In this document: one piece after another, positions 45,875 to 56,813 of the stretch
Position numbering within the stretch: the stretch's first letter is position 1
Layout: the number at the start of each line of letters is the position of its first letter
From: Corallochytrium limacisporum Hawaii
Lineage: Eukaryota > Protista > Pluriformea
Direction of reading: 5' to 3'
Assembly: GCA_002811645.1 (NCBI GenBank)
Contig: PDIP01000149.1
Coordinates: 4,024 to 68,023, forward strand
Length of the DNA stretch: 64,000 nucleotides
The notes under the pieces: model-generated
What the model was told of the DNA's origin: nothing
Databases searched by the model: none
The model's input: the letters and a program-made list of their open reading frames with translations, nothing else
Position numbers and translations under genes: made by a program

Positions 45875-47182
45875 CTACGCCATGAGGACCGACTCGCCAA
45901 CCGTTGCGTCGTAATTGCGACTATTGTCTCCACTACCGACGCTTCCAGAGCTCTTCGAAGAGTGGCTTGCAATTAGTCCAGTACCAATGCTGACAATGAG
46001 GAACCCGAGTCCATAGGCAAAGACCTGCGTTCTGCTCTGGAACTGCTCAAACTCCTTGAAGAATACACCTCCTTCGACCATGCTGACCAGCATCCAGAAC
46101 ATTTGCATCACTGGGAGGATTGTCACAGCCGGGAACTTGCGCAATGATGTGTTGAGCTGTCTAACCCAGAAAGTGGCGGTTGTGATCAGAAGTCCGATCA
46201 GGGCAGCCACAAAGAGGGTCTTATTACCCTGGAAAGGAAGCTCCTCGGTATCTGGAGCGGAGATATGGTCCCCTTTGGATGCTGCCTTCTCTAAATTCGA
46301 TTCAATATTATGGCTGAGGAGCATACTAAGACACTTACCAAACAAGACACTCTGGGCTCCGATAATGCTGCTGTACACTGCGTAGGTCACGGGTTTCAAC
46401 TTGGCCAGCGTCCGGCTCAGTTTAAGCGTGTGCTCTGTGTGATTCAAATAGTGGTAGGACATCCAGGCCTTCACTGCCACAGGAAAGGCTGTCATCATGT
46501 AGTAGACATATTCAGGCCTCAAAAAGAGCTCTCGAATCTGTTCTGCGTAGTAACTGCTTGTGTCCTTGGCGCCAAAATTCACCATCAGTAAAATTCCTAT
46601 GCAAATGAGTGCAGTGCCCGAGCTCAATCGCTTTGTGATTTTCTCTTGGTTCACAAATCGTGCAAATGCGATGTTTGCCACAAACTGGATGCTCCCAAAA
46701 CTTGCCAGCGTGGACTGCGGGGCGAAACTGAAGCTCGCGAAGTTGCACGCGTTACCAACAGCAAACAGGGACCAGCCCAGTGTAAATCTTATGTGCTGCG
46801 ACCGTATCCGCATGCCCGCCGGCTTCAGTCTGCGTCCTAGGCTAACCAGTGAGGCCAGCAGGCCCTCAAAGAAATCTACTACTTCGCCTTGCAAGCGGTT
46901 GACGTCTGCTGCAGGTGCATCTGCTCCCCACGGCGTCGACCCGAGGATCGGGGACGTCGAACCGTTGTCAAGGGATTCGTATTTATACTCATAAGTGGGT
47001 GATTGAGGTGCGGCTTTCTTCTTGGCAACCCGAATGTGACCTAATTTCACGACATTGGTACCGACATTCACTAAAATGTTACCAATGATGCTCAGTAGGA
47101 GACCCATCCAGAAGCCTTTCTCTTCTGCCGATGTTGTTGCCCCCGGCGCATCTCCGCCTGCGAAGTGCAAGGGATCCTCCAT
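45875..47182 (-). CDS. NIPA-like magnesium transporter (NIPAL2/3-like)
   Basis: GNILVNVGTNVVKLGH, GNACNFASFSFAPQSTLASFGS, GAQSVLFGK, PVMQMFW...GGVFFKEF; about 9 TM helices. Confidence 0.9.
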   Translation of the reverse strand: MEDPLHFAGGDAPGATTSAEEKGFWMGLLLSIIGNILVNVGTNVVKLGHIRVAKKKAAPQSPTYEYKYESLDNGSTSPILGSTPWGADAPAADVNRLQGEVVDFFEGLLASLVSLGRRLKPAGMRIRSQHIRFTLGWSLFAVGNACNFASFSFAPQSTLASFGSIQFVANIAFARFVNQEKITKRLSSGTALICIGILLMVNFGAKDTSSYYAEQIRELFLRPEYVYYMMTAFPVAVKAWMSYHYLNHTEHTLKLSRTLAKLKPVTYAVYSSIIGAQSVLFGKCLSMLLSHNIESNLEKAASKGDHISAPDTEELPFQGNKTLFVAALIGLLITTATFWVRQLNTSLRKFPAVTILPVMQMFWMLVSMVEGGVFFKEFEQFQSRTQVFAYGLGFLIVSIGTGLIASHSSKSSGSVGSGDNSRNYDATVGESVLMA

Positions 47183-48469
47183 ATTATTGCTGTTCTGCTA
47201 CGAGATCTCAATGGTTTCTTGATACAATTGAACATTACATTATGAATAAATTTTTGCAATATCCATGTCTTCGTCGGCTATTGTCTTTGAGTGCTGTCAC
47301 TCATTTCACAGCTGCGTAACCACAACGTTTTATCTCTCACGATAAGCTCGTAGCCTGTGAACCTCGTCCAAACGTTGACGGCTTGATCTCCAAATGCCTT
47401 TCAACAAATAGTCGAACTCCTATTTTAGTACCTGTGAAATACTGAAGTACTACAAAGCTATAAAATGATCAAAACAAAATGTCTCACCTCTGCGCCTCAT
47501 ATCCTAAAGTTCTACTTTCAAATCCAAAGGAAAAGTTTTGTTTGCGTGGAGCTTGATGGGAGGGGAGGGACTTGCCCTATGTGAACCTCCGCCTGGTTCC
47601 CCGGTTACCACAGTACTACTGCCGCATACTCAACGCACCTACCTCCTCCCGATTCACTGAGGACCAGGTCCGTCTCGCACCGTTGAAGCACGCAAAACCT
47701 TTAACGCCCACCGGCCCACCCGAAAAGGTGGGTATGCACCACTCACCGCAAGGGCCAAATCGCTCCATACAAAATGTACTACGTCGTCCAGGGCGATGGG
47801 ACGGTGCCCGAAGTCGCCAGCCACGCAATTTTTGCGAAGAAAACGTGAAAAAGTGGGCCAGGACAGAAAAAGAGCGTGCAGTAGTGAGAGAACCGAACCG
47901 CAATCCCCCTTCCCGGGGAAGTTGTCCCGCGGGGGTTGTGTCATAGTAGTAGGGCCGGCACGAGTTTTGAAGGCAAGGATGTGTGTGTACCCGATGAGGA
48001 TCGATTTCTGCTCACGCACTACCAACACACTGTGGCCACTGGGCCAGCGGCAGGCGGACGGGGCGGAAGCGCAGTCGGAGGAGCGGGTCCCTTTTGGGCG
48101 AGAGATGGAAGTCCGGTACTGAAAGTACTGAGCGCCCGGCGGAAGGCCCTGGGCCGAAGAGGTGTTTCCGCCCCACAGGCGGGGAGATAGTGGATGAGGA
48201 TTTTCAGATGGCGCGAATGACTCGGCGGCGGGGCGCCGGCGGGTGCCTTGAAGAATAAAGTACGCACACATGTGTGCCGCTTGTTTTCTTTGCAGAAAAC
48301 TTCTACGTTCGGCTGTTGGTTAAGGTGTACAAAGGGAACGATCAGAGAACATTGCACAGCATACAACGTGGTTCAATACCCACTATGACCCTAGGCATTA
48401 TGTGAGTGTCCGCATTCTCATGGGAAGATTACTCACTGTGGTGCGGTGGTAGTAGTGGATCCTTCGGGC

Positions 48470-49282
48470 ATGAGAATGTCAAAAGAGAACTTCATTGCGG
48501 GGCAGCTTTCGGCCTTTTTTAAAGGTCACGGCACTGATGCAGAGGAGCTTGATAGTGTCATCACTGAGGGTGCGGTGGTCACATACATTACTGAACCCCT
48601 TGCCGACGCTGACACTCCTGATGAACTCATTGAGCTGGCTGACATGATCTTGGCCTATTTGCCATCTGCAGAAGTGGAGCAGAGCGAAGTGTGTGCATGG
48701 TTAGAGACGCTTCGTGTAGATTTGAAGCAACGGGATCAGGCTGACACTGACGACGTCCACCGGAAGTCTCAGACCGACAACGTCAAGGTGATGTTGTCGC
48801 CTTCATCACATTTCCAAAGCATGTACCCTTCGCTTGACCTGAAGGAAATTGAGCAAATTTTGGATAGTATAGTAGATTTCGACATTGGTAATGAAACACA
48901 TGTAGACCAGGCCACTGATCTTTTGTTGCAGGCAGTGGAAGATAAGGCCGCGTTGAACAGGGATCGACGGGAGAGTGCTGACAGCAAAGGATCGCAGGCT
49001 GGTGAAGACAACAGTATCAAGAATATCATCCTAGACCGTTATTTTGGTAAAGAAGTCATTGAAGGCAATGAAATTAATGAGAGCAAGATTCGAGTCGATC
49101 CAAATTGGAAGAAAACCCGCAAAGATGCCGTACAGGAACCCAAGACGATGTACCGCAATGGCCAGGTAGTAAGTACAAGGGGCGAGCGCTATAGCGTCAT
49201 CAAGGATCCCAGAGAGGACACAGAGGAGATGAAGAAGACATACGTCAACCTTAAGCCGGCACGCAAATACCGATTCCACTGA
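48470..49282 (+). CDS. CUEDC2: CUE domain-containing protein 2 homolog
   Basis: CUE-like SMYPSLDLKEIEQIL..A..LLL and C-terminal YRNGQVVSTRGER...EEMKKTYVNLKPARKYRFH matching the CUEDC2 tail. Start at 48470 or 48476. Confidence 0.88.
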   Translation: MRMSKENFIAGQLSAFFKGHGTDAEELDSVITEGAVVTYITEPLADADTPDELIELADMILAYLPSAEVEQSEVCAWLETLRVDLKQRDQADTDDVHRKSQTDNVKVMLSPSSHFQSMYPSLDLKEIEQILDSIVDFDIGNETHVDQATDLLLQAVEDKAALNRDRRESADSKGSQAGEDNSIKNIILDRYFGKEVIEGNEINESKIRVDPNWKKTRKDAVQEPKTMYRNGQVVSTRGERYSVIKDPREDTEEMKKTYVNLKPARKYRFH

Positions 49283-51935
49283 CCGATCAGAAGCGGACAA
49301 CTGAGCTCCACCTGAGTGCGGTATCGGGAGTCTATTTTCCAGGTTCAGTGGCGCACCAAGCGCCACGTCCGACAGAATCCCTCCATGAAATATAGTTCAA
49401 GTGAATCAATAGTTTCAATATATAGAAAAGCAGAGAGTTTTCTGCCTTAGATTTTTCAGCACTACCTCATACTAAAAGATCGGGTGATTTAAGTGTGCTC
49501 GGAAATTTGAATCGACTGGGAATCTAGCCAAGTCCCCTTCAGATTTTGGGGAGAATCGCCTCGTCCCACTTGCAGGTCCGAAGTCGAGCGCTGGTTGGCT
49601 GGAGGGCACTGATGGCCGAATTGCAGTTCTGGACCGCACCATCACGCGCAACAAGCCACACGTAAAAACCTCGAACCTCTCACACCACCCATCGAACAGA
49701 CAATTTAACCTTTCATGCAATAAGTAAGTACGGTGCTGGCACTAAAAGTTGGTGTTCGGCGAAACCAATTTTCAGTTGGTGCCGGTCAAACGAATCCGAG
49801 TTCCGCCAACACAGTAACGGCGGGCGGTATAGGTAAAGCAAACCCTTACCACTATGGTACAGACTTGAAACGTTCTCACACTTTCAATCTTGGTGCAATG
49901 CACAAACAATGGTGTGTCTAGTACATTTGCCCGCATACTGCACTAGTCCTCCTCGATTTGTGAGAAATTTTGGGGAAGCGGTTGATGCACTAAACATTGT
50001 TTTCTTTCGGTCGATGTGGAGAAGACACGGTCCTCTAAACAAAGTCTTCTTTCACCATGCTAAACATGACAGATGATGTCTATCATTTCTATTCAATGTG
50101 TTCACAAAGGATCTCGACGGCAGGGTCTTCTTCACCAAGAGTTGAGTTGGACCTAGGAGCGTTACTCAATATGCACGAAATTAGCATCCAAAAAGCACAA
50201 CAGGGCCCCGATCGTTCTCGAAGAGTGATGCTGACGAATGTTCCTGTGGATGTTCGAGGCACTTCGACGGTGCCTCAGGAGTGTAGGGCTGCTACAATCG
50301 CATAAGTGTGATATGAGAACACCGAGCTGCTGAAATCCGATCAGCATGTGACCCCTCCTGTCACTTGCTCCCCCAACTCCCCAATGCGGGGGCCTTATCA
50401 ACGTTCCCACCTTCGGTCAAACGTACATTGGTGAAAAAAGACCGATGCAGTGATTACCGAGTGACCGGTGTTCTTTGTCCCAAAACAATCCTCCAACCAA
50501 AAAGTCCTGGAGGAGCGCCAATGCCCCGTGTGTCCCTCTCAGTGGCGCAGACAGCTAATCTACCTCCTCCTCCAACATCCCCAATCTCGCCCATGTGAAT
50601 GTGTGCCCACCGCCCGGTATATTCACTATGGAACTCCGCATTGCCCCACGTGACTTTTCTCTCTTGCTTCCCCAGTGTCCTTCACCGCCTCGCCCACCCC
50701 TCGTCTTCCCATTTTCCTTCTTTACCGCGTTTGAGTATGAAAAAGTGGCCCCAATCTACCGCCTCACAGGCGACATAAGAACAAGACGTACTAGTACATT
50801 TACTACTAGAGAGAGGTCTGCTATTTTTAGTGTGTCTAATTTTTTCACTTTTCTTTACTAAGACCAGCGTGGCGGCCTCGACTCAGTAAGTCAGCATCCA
50901 AATTGCCGGTATTGAATGTACCGGGAAACAGCAAGCTCGCTGATGTTCCGCCCGGACCTCGCATACCGAAGAATTTCCGGGGGAACAGGAAAAGTTCAGA
51001 GGTGAATGTATGGGTATTTCTGGTTACGAAATTTATGGGATCACTCTCTGAAGAATGTCGTGCTCGATGTTCATCAACGTGAATAAGTCCAACAACGCCC
51101 GCAAGCAAATGTCCCCCGCATTGCGCGCGATCTGTTTGCTCACAAGCAATACTGCTATATCCTGACTGCGACCATGGTCTAGTTTGCTCTGTGTCAATGA
51201 TGCCGACCGTTTTGAAAACCGCGCGACCGGGGAAACTATGCGTACCCAATCAGCAAAGAGAGTTACAATTGCCCCTCATCCCCGCTGAGTCTTGATCATC
51301 ATCATCATTTCTCCCATCGCAAGACGATGACCATCCATGCACTAAGAACGTGTAACTTGGTGCATTGACGTTCCAAAAATGATGTGGCCAAACCGGTGTT
51401 GTTGGGGGGAAATCAGGGGACTATGGCTCTAGAACAGTGGAGTGGTGGGGGGGAGGGATCTTCCAATGCGCAGGGGCTCTTCCATTGAAAGGGGGGGTCA
51501 GCCAAACTGTAATCCCGCACTGAGCACGCAGGCAACAGTACCACGACCAGTCCGGTGTGCCTTTCCGTTGCTTTGCCTGCCTTTGCGTTCCGTACGTTCC
51601 GGAACACCCTGGGCACGTCGCGGAAGACCGTTTTCGACCCGTACCCGATCCTTTGGCAATACGGTCAATTATGAACTGGTCCGGTGTGCAGCCAGCCACA
51701 GGGCAAAGACCGGCAGTGGGAAGAAATGAAAAGGAAAAGGGGGAGGGGTCGGCCCGGGAGGGAAGGGGATGGGACATTTAAAACGAAACAGATGAAAACA
51801 GATATCGAACAATTAAAACCTTAACACACACAGCGGTCCCGCGAAAAAAAAAGAAAGAAAACCAGCAGCTCCGAGGAAAGAAAAAGCCAAGCGCTGGTGT
51901 GTGCCACGCGAAAACGTGTGGGCCAGAAATTGTCC

Positions 51936-51959
51936 GGGGGGGGGGGGGGGGGGGGGGGG
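51936..51959 (+). repeat. Poly-G tract (G24), G-quadruplex-capable
   Basis: 24 consecutive G. Confidence 0.95.
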
Positions 51960-54320
51960 TTTGGAACAGCTTCCGGATGCCTGCTTCGGCTTCATCATTC
52001 TTGGCCATCCTCAGTTCCCATAAATATCGCCTCGCTAGGTCCAAATACTCGGCTATGACTTTCTCACATGGAGCATGTACTAAGGAATTGTGGTGAAAAG
52101 ATAAAGGTACCATCATCGAGCTCAAGTGACACTCACAGCACTGACCACGGAATTCCATGACCTTGGCTATTTCACCAATCTTTCGGGCATGGCTCGTGAT
52201 CAAACTTTTGCTCGTTTGTGGCCGGTTTCTCGTGAACGAAGGGCTCCTGCTATAGGATTCCGACCACTGTAGTCTCACTGAAGCTGGTGACACCGAGTAA
52301 AGAATTTCTCCGGTATGTGTTGCACCTCCTGCACTTGTATACTCAAATGGGTACCTGTACATTTGGCGATACGCTTGCACGGATGTCTGGCTTTTTTCTA
52401 AGTTTTTCGTCGTTTCTCCGCGTGTTCCAGCCTTTGTGTGATGCATTAATGTCCATGCATCTACCGTGACGACGGCAAGCATCCGCGATGCACGGATCAG
52501 TCAATGAACTTCATTTTTGCCTATTGTTCTGGTATGCATTGTATCTGTTGACGATTCATGAACCAGTGATCACCAGTAGATGACTCAGACAGCCAAGACA
52601 TATCGACACTTAATTAGAATAGCGCAAATCCGCCACGTATATCCCTTGCCGCAGTTCTTCTATTCGCACACACTGAATGACCCAAAGCGACTAACCCAAA
52701 GAACAGGACCCCACATCGTGGGTGCCGCCCTGCCGCACTGCACGGCTGCGGGGATTGATGAGAGATGTCAGCACGTCCGATCATCGCATAAAATAAAGAA
52801 GAACACAGTGGAAACAGAGATCTCCATCGCCCTTGTGTTTGGACCATGAAACGGCTTCTGCTCTAAGCCGTCCGGAATCATTCACAATGTCGAAGATTCG
52901 GATAGCGCTGCGCTACCACATGAATGAAGAAATTCGGGTCAGAGTGTCGTGGGGTTTAAAAAAATATTTCTTCTGTGACCCAAAGGATGAATAAATTTCC
53001 AAAGTAGAAATTGAGATTCGTGAACTACCTACTGTTGACCACCGTACCAATCTTTGCCAAAAAAAATATTCATGCTCGAATTCCCATGGGGTGGGTCTCG
53101 AGACACACCTTCTGCCGCTCCACAGAGGACTCCAACGGGAGGGCAGGGACGGCAGACAGAGTCAGTTGCAAAATGAGGAAATGAAACATCTCTCGATTTC
53201 CACTTTTCCAAGTTTTTCTGGCACCGTCATCCTCCATGATAAACGCCGGGTATTTTACTAGTCGAAACTGAAGGAAGCCCGTGCCGAAGTGAACGGAATG
53301 GCTAGTCTTGGGGCGCAGCGACCAATGTTCAGTACTGCAGTAGTCAAGTTTGTAGCCCCACACAATTCAGGATAGGATACCAGTATTTCCGTGCCACTCT
53401 GTGCTCCTGTCTGCATTGAAACTGAAGGACCTCAAGAAAGCCGTAAGCGTTCGCAGTGCGCACAGTCCACGGACGGTCAGGGAGTTCTGAAAGGAAGAGC
53501 GGACGGCTCCACCAACGATGCACTATCACAGAGCGGACAAGGTGACATGTGAGTGCCAGAGTGCTGACATCCATAACTTGTACAATCTATGCTTAGAGCA
53601 TGCGGCCACTTAAGCTCACAGCCACCAACAAGCCTTCATCCATCGACAACACTAAGCAGATCGCATCGCGTCATTTGTTCCGTGGATCTGTTGACACTGT
53701 GGGTAAGTGTATTCATCATCGTATTCGATACCCATAGGATCCAAGCCCCCTATGGGCATCTAGGAACATCCAGCATCTGTACACCGATTGCACGTTGCGT
53801 ATCACAATGGACAAGTCCGCGCCTTTCTCCTGGCTCTTCAGCGAGTACCCGGTTTGTGTCTCATTGGTTGTCACTGTTAACCCCCTCCTGCGGGTTTGGG
53901 GATATAAATCCCCATATATTCAGTAGGTCAAAAGGTAAGAGATCGTGGGGATTCACTGGACGGAATAAAGGAAACAAGGAAGAAAAGAAGCTGAATGGGG
54001 GAGAACAATACTTGTCGACGCACAGCTTCCCGGGGCCGCCCCGCTAGTGGAGAATGGGTTCTTCATAAACAGAACCCCATCCAGAGTGTCACGGTGGCCT
54101 TAAACTTGAAACGCAAATTTCTTTATTTTGAAAGAGTCTTAATATGACTCGCCGAGGATATGCGAGCGAAGAATGTGATGTAAATTCATGATTGCTGGTG
54201 CATGGATACTGTAAGATGATAGTAGTCCTAGCACTTTCTTTAATTTGTGCACCGTGTAACATGCGCGTGTTCTTTAAATCATGTGGTCACTGAAAGTCGA
54301 TCTCAAACATGTAGCAGTGT

Positions 54321-54602
54321 CTAAGATGATTGATTCTGCAGCTTCTCAAAAGGATCATCCGGTTTGGGACCACAAGGCATAGCATATGAAGTCAACAATT
54401 GTTGCCTAAGTCGCTCATTGGAGACATTCTGGCCCATGGCAGACAGTGCAAGCATTGATCGATTGTTTAGTAGCACCGCAGTCATGTCACGTTGTTGATT
54501 CTCCATGAATTCATGCGTTTTCGTGTCCGCGTCGCCAACACTACCATGCCTTGCCTTAACGCCCTCCTGATACGCTCGGTGATTGTAGCGAGTCTGCTCC
54601 AT
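54321..54602 (-). CDS. SF3B5: Splicing factor 3B subunit 5 (SF3b10/Ysf3), divergent
   Basis: 93 aa: TRYN...KARHGSVGDADTKTHEFMENQQRD...QNVSNERLR...MPCGPKP aligns by eye with the SF3B5 pattern RY...GxADTTK.EW..NQHRD...ENESKARVR...QPCGPP. Confidence 0.8.
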   Translation of the reverse strand: MEQTRYNHRAYQEGVKARHGSVGDADTKTHEFMENQQRDMTAVLLNNRSMLALSAMGQNVSNERLRQQLLTSYAMPCGPKPDDPFEKLQNQSS

Positions 54603-55709
54603 GATCTCTCCTGTGTCAATGGAGGTTGTGCACTCTACTGCATCTCGTATCCATACAAGTACCGATTTGTGTTCGCTAAGCACAAAATATATAAAACAAA
54701 AACTAAATCAATTCAGAATTCCTTCCAATACCTTGATGAGCACCGTAAATCCAGGCGGGGTCACTCAATTGTATTGCAGCCTTGTGCGTGCCCATGCGTA
54801 CCGCTTCCGCGCCCAAAACCCTCCATCCCAGCCCCACCCAAGCGCCTAAGCCGTGGATTCAACTCGTAATGAAAATAGGCCCCCAATTACAATTGGGGCC
54901 TCTTTTCTTAACCTCCTGTGTCTTCCGTCACACTCCCTGTCGACACGAGAGAATGCGAGTGTTTATCAGACTAGGGTGACATTTCTAGGCAAGCTGGCCG
55001 GACATTTGCTGCAGTCTACGGCCCTCCGTGATTGCGAAGTTGTTGCCGTTGCTCTTTTTGTTTTTTTTTTGGAAAACGATCCGCACGAACTAGATGGGTT
55101 AGTTGGAATCCGGGCCAACCAACCACAGATTCCTGGTACGAAACAAAGTGGAAACCGCCGTCTCATTTTCAACGGGCAAACACGATCGTACCCAAGTGAG
55201 TCGTCGGAGAGATGTCCTCGTCCAGTGTATGGGCTTATATGCAGGTGTTGGAGATGTTTAAGGGTTTTGCCCTTTCGTGTTTGTGACCTGCCGCAGTGCT
55301 TCAAACAGTTCATCACCAGGAACGGAATCTGACCCTCTCGGTTCCCGGGGGGTCCGTTCTTCACACGGACATATGATGAACTTTGCGTAATTCAATTCGG
55401 GGAGCCGGTGCTACAAACGAAGAGAACACTTGGCGGAACGTGCTGGAGGACTAGCGTGTTTGCCGGGGTACCAGGCACATGCCTGTAGCAACAGTCAAAG
55501 GTGGCTTTTTTTTCCATCCCTGGCTAACACGAGTGGGTGACCGTTTGCTGTACATTCACTATGGGAAACGAGTCTCTGTCACGGTAATTGTTTTGGCCCA
55601 TTTGGATTTGTTTTCGCTGCTTAGGGTTTTTTTTGGGCAAGACCTGTCACTCTCTCTTTTAAATCCCCCGAAGTGGGGGGGGGAGATCGCCACGCAGTGG
55701 ATAGCCAAG

Positions 55710-55733
55710 GCTCTGATTGGGCGGGACGGGGCG
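55710..55733 (+). promoter_or_regulatory. Putative promoter element upstream of MTAP, shared with IMPDH
   Basis: GCTCTGATTGGGCGGGACGGGGCG, 21/24 identical to 17689-17712. Confidence 0.6.
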
Positions 55734-55973
55734 AGGAGTGCTGATGAGATCATTGCATCATCAGCAGGCTAGAGGCAACGCTGGCGAATGCGAGTTGGCA
55801 GGATAGCGGCCAACTAGCATCCTTTGGTTACATGCAGTGTGCGTGACCTTGGACGTCAAGGTGCTTCAGTGGCAGCGGAACTGGTATGCGCTCGGTTTGA
55901 CGAGCAGCTTTCACAACAGCTCGAACTGTTTGAAACGCGCAACTCCGCACGTGAAAAATTGGAATCCAGAACC

Positions 55974-56813
55974 ATGGTTGCAGTCAAGATCGGTATCATT
56001 GGTGGATCTGGCCTCGACAAGAGCCACATCTTTGCCAACAAGACCACTAAGGAGGTAGAAACCCCATATGGCAAGCCCTCCGGTCCTCTAACTTGCGGTG
56101 AGGTTGCCGGCGTACCTTGCGTCTTGGTTGCCCGCCACGGTCCCAAGCACACTTTCATGCCCGGCAATGTCAACTTCCGTGCGAATCTGTGGGCCCTGAA
56201 GGAGGATGGTATCACGCATCTTATCGTCTCCACTGCCTGTGGTTCCCTGAAGGAGGGCGTACATCCTCGTGAGCTGCTCGTTCCGGATCAGATTATCGAT
56301 CGGACCACCAAGCGCGTGTCAACCTTCTACGATGGTACCGCCAACGCACCCCGCGGTGTCATGCATATGCCCATGGCTCATCCTTTCGATGAACATCTGC
56401 GGAAGATCATGCTCGAATGCGCCGAGAAGACCATCCCTGACGTCAAGGTTCACTCTCACGGTACGGTCGTGACCATTGAGGGTCCCCGGTTCTCGACTAA
56501 GGCAGAAAGCGAATTGTTCCGCAGTTGGGGCTGCTCCATCATTAACATGACTACCTGTCCGGAGGCGTTCCTTGCCAACGAGCTCGGCATTCCGTACGCT
56601 GCCATCGGTATGGTCACAGACTACGACTGCTGGCTGGAGGATCCCAACGCCCACGTCTCTGTGCAGGAGATCCTGGAGATCATGAAGGTCAATGGTGAAA
56701 ATGTCATGAAGCTGTTCCTGGAAGTTATTCCCACTATTGCGGCTGGTGATTGGGATGAGCACCTCGAGAAGAAGAAGCAAACCTCCGCTGGTAGCATCAT
56801 GCTGTTCGACTAA
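55974..56813 (+). CDS. MTAP: S-methyl-5'-thioadenosine phosphorylase
   Basis: KIGIIGGSGL, TPYGKPS, ARHG, NFRANLWALK, TACGSL, TIEGPRFSTKAES, INMTTCPE, TDYDCW. ACC-ATG at 55974; the ORF track's upstream TTG start is unlikely. Confidence 0.97.
   Translation: MVAVKIGIIGGSGLDKSHIFANKTTKEVETPYGKPSGPLTCGEVAGVPCVLVARHGPKHTFMPGNVNFRANLWALKEDGITHLIVSTACGSLKEGVHPRELLVPDQIIDRTTKRVSTFYDGTANAPRGVMHMPMAHPFDEHLRKIMLECAEKTIPDVKVHSHGTVVTIEGPRFSTKAESELFRSWGCSIINMTTCPEAFLANELGIPYAAIGMVTDYDCWLEDPNAHVSVQEILEIMKVNGENVMKLFLEVIPTIAAGDWDEHLEKKKQTSAGSIMLFD

Noticed and set aside
55824-55973. N-terminal extensions from TTG/upstream starts in the ORF track for MTAP (likewise IMPDH 18007, ALDH7A1 59983)
   Set aside because: The extensions show no family similarity or targeting features, and the downstream ATGs have the A(-3) context seen in most genes here.
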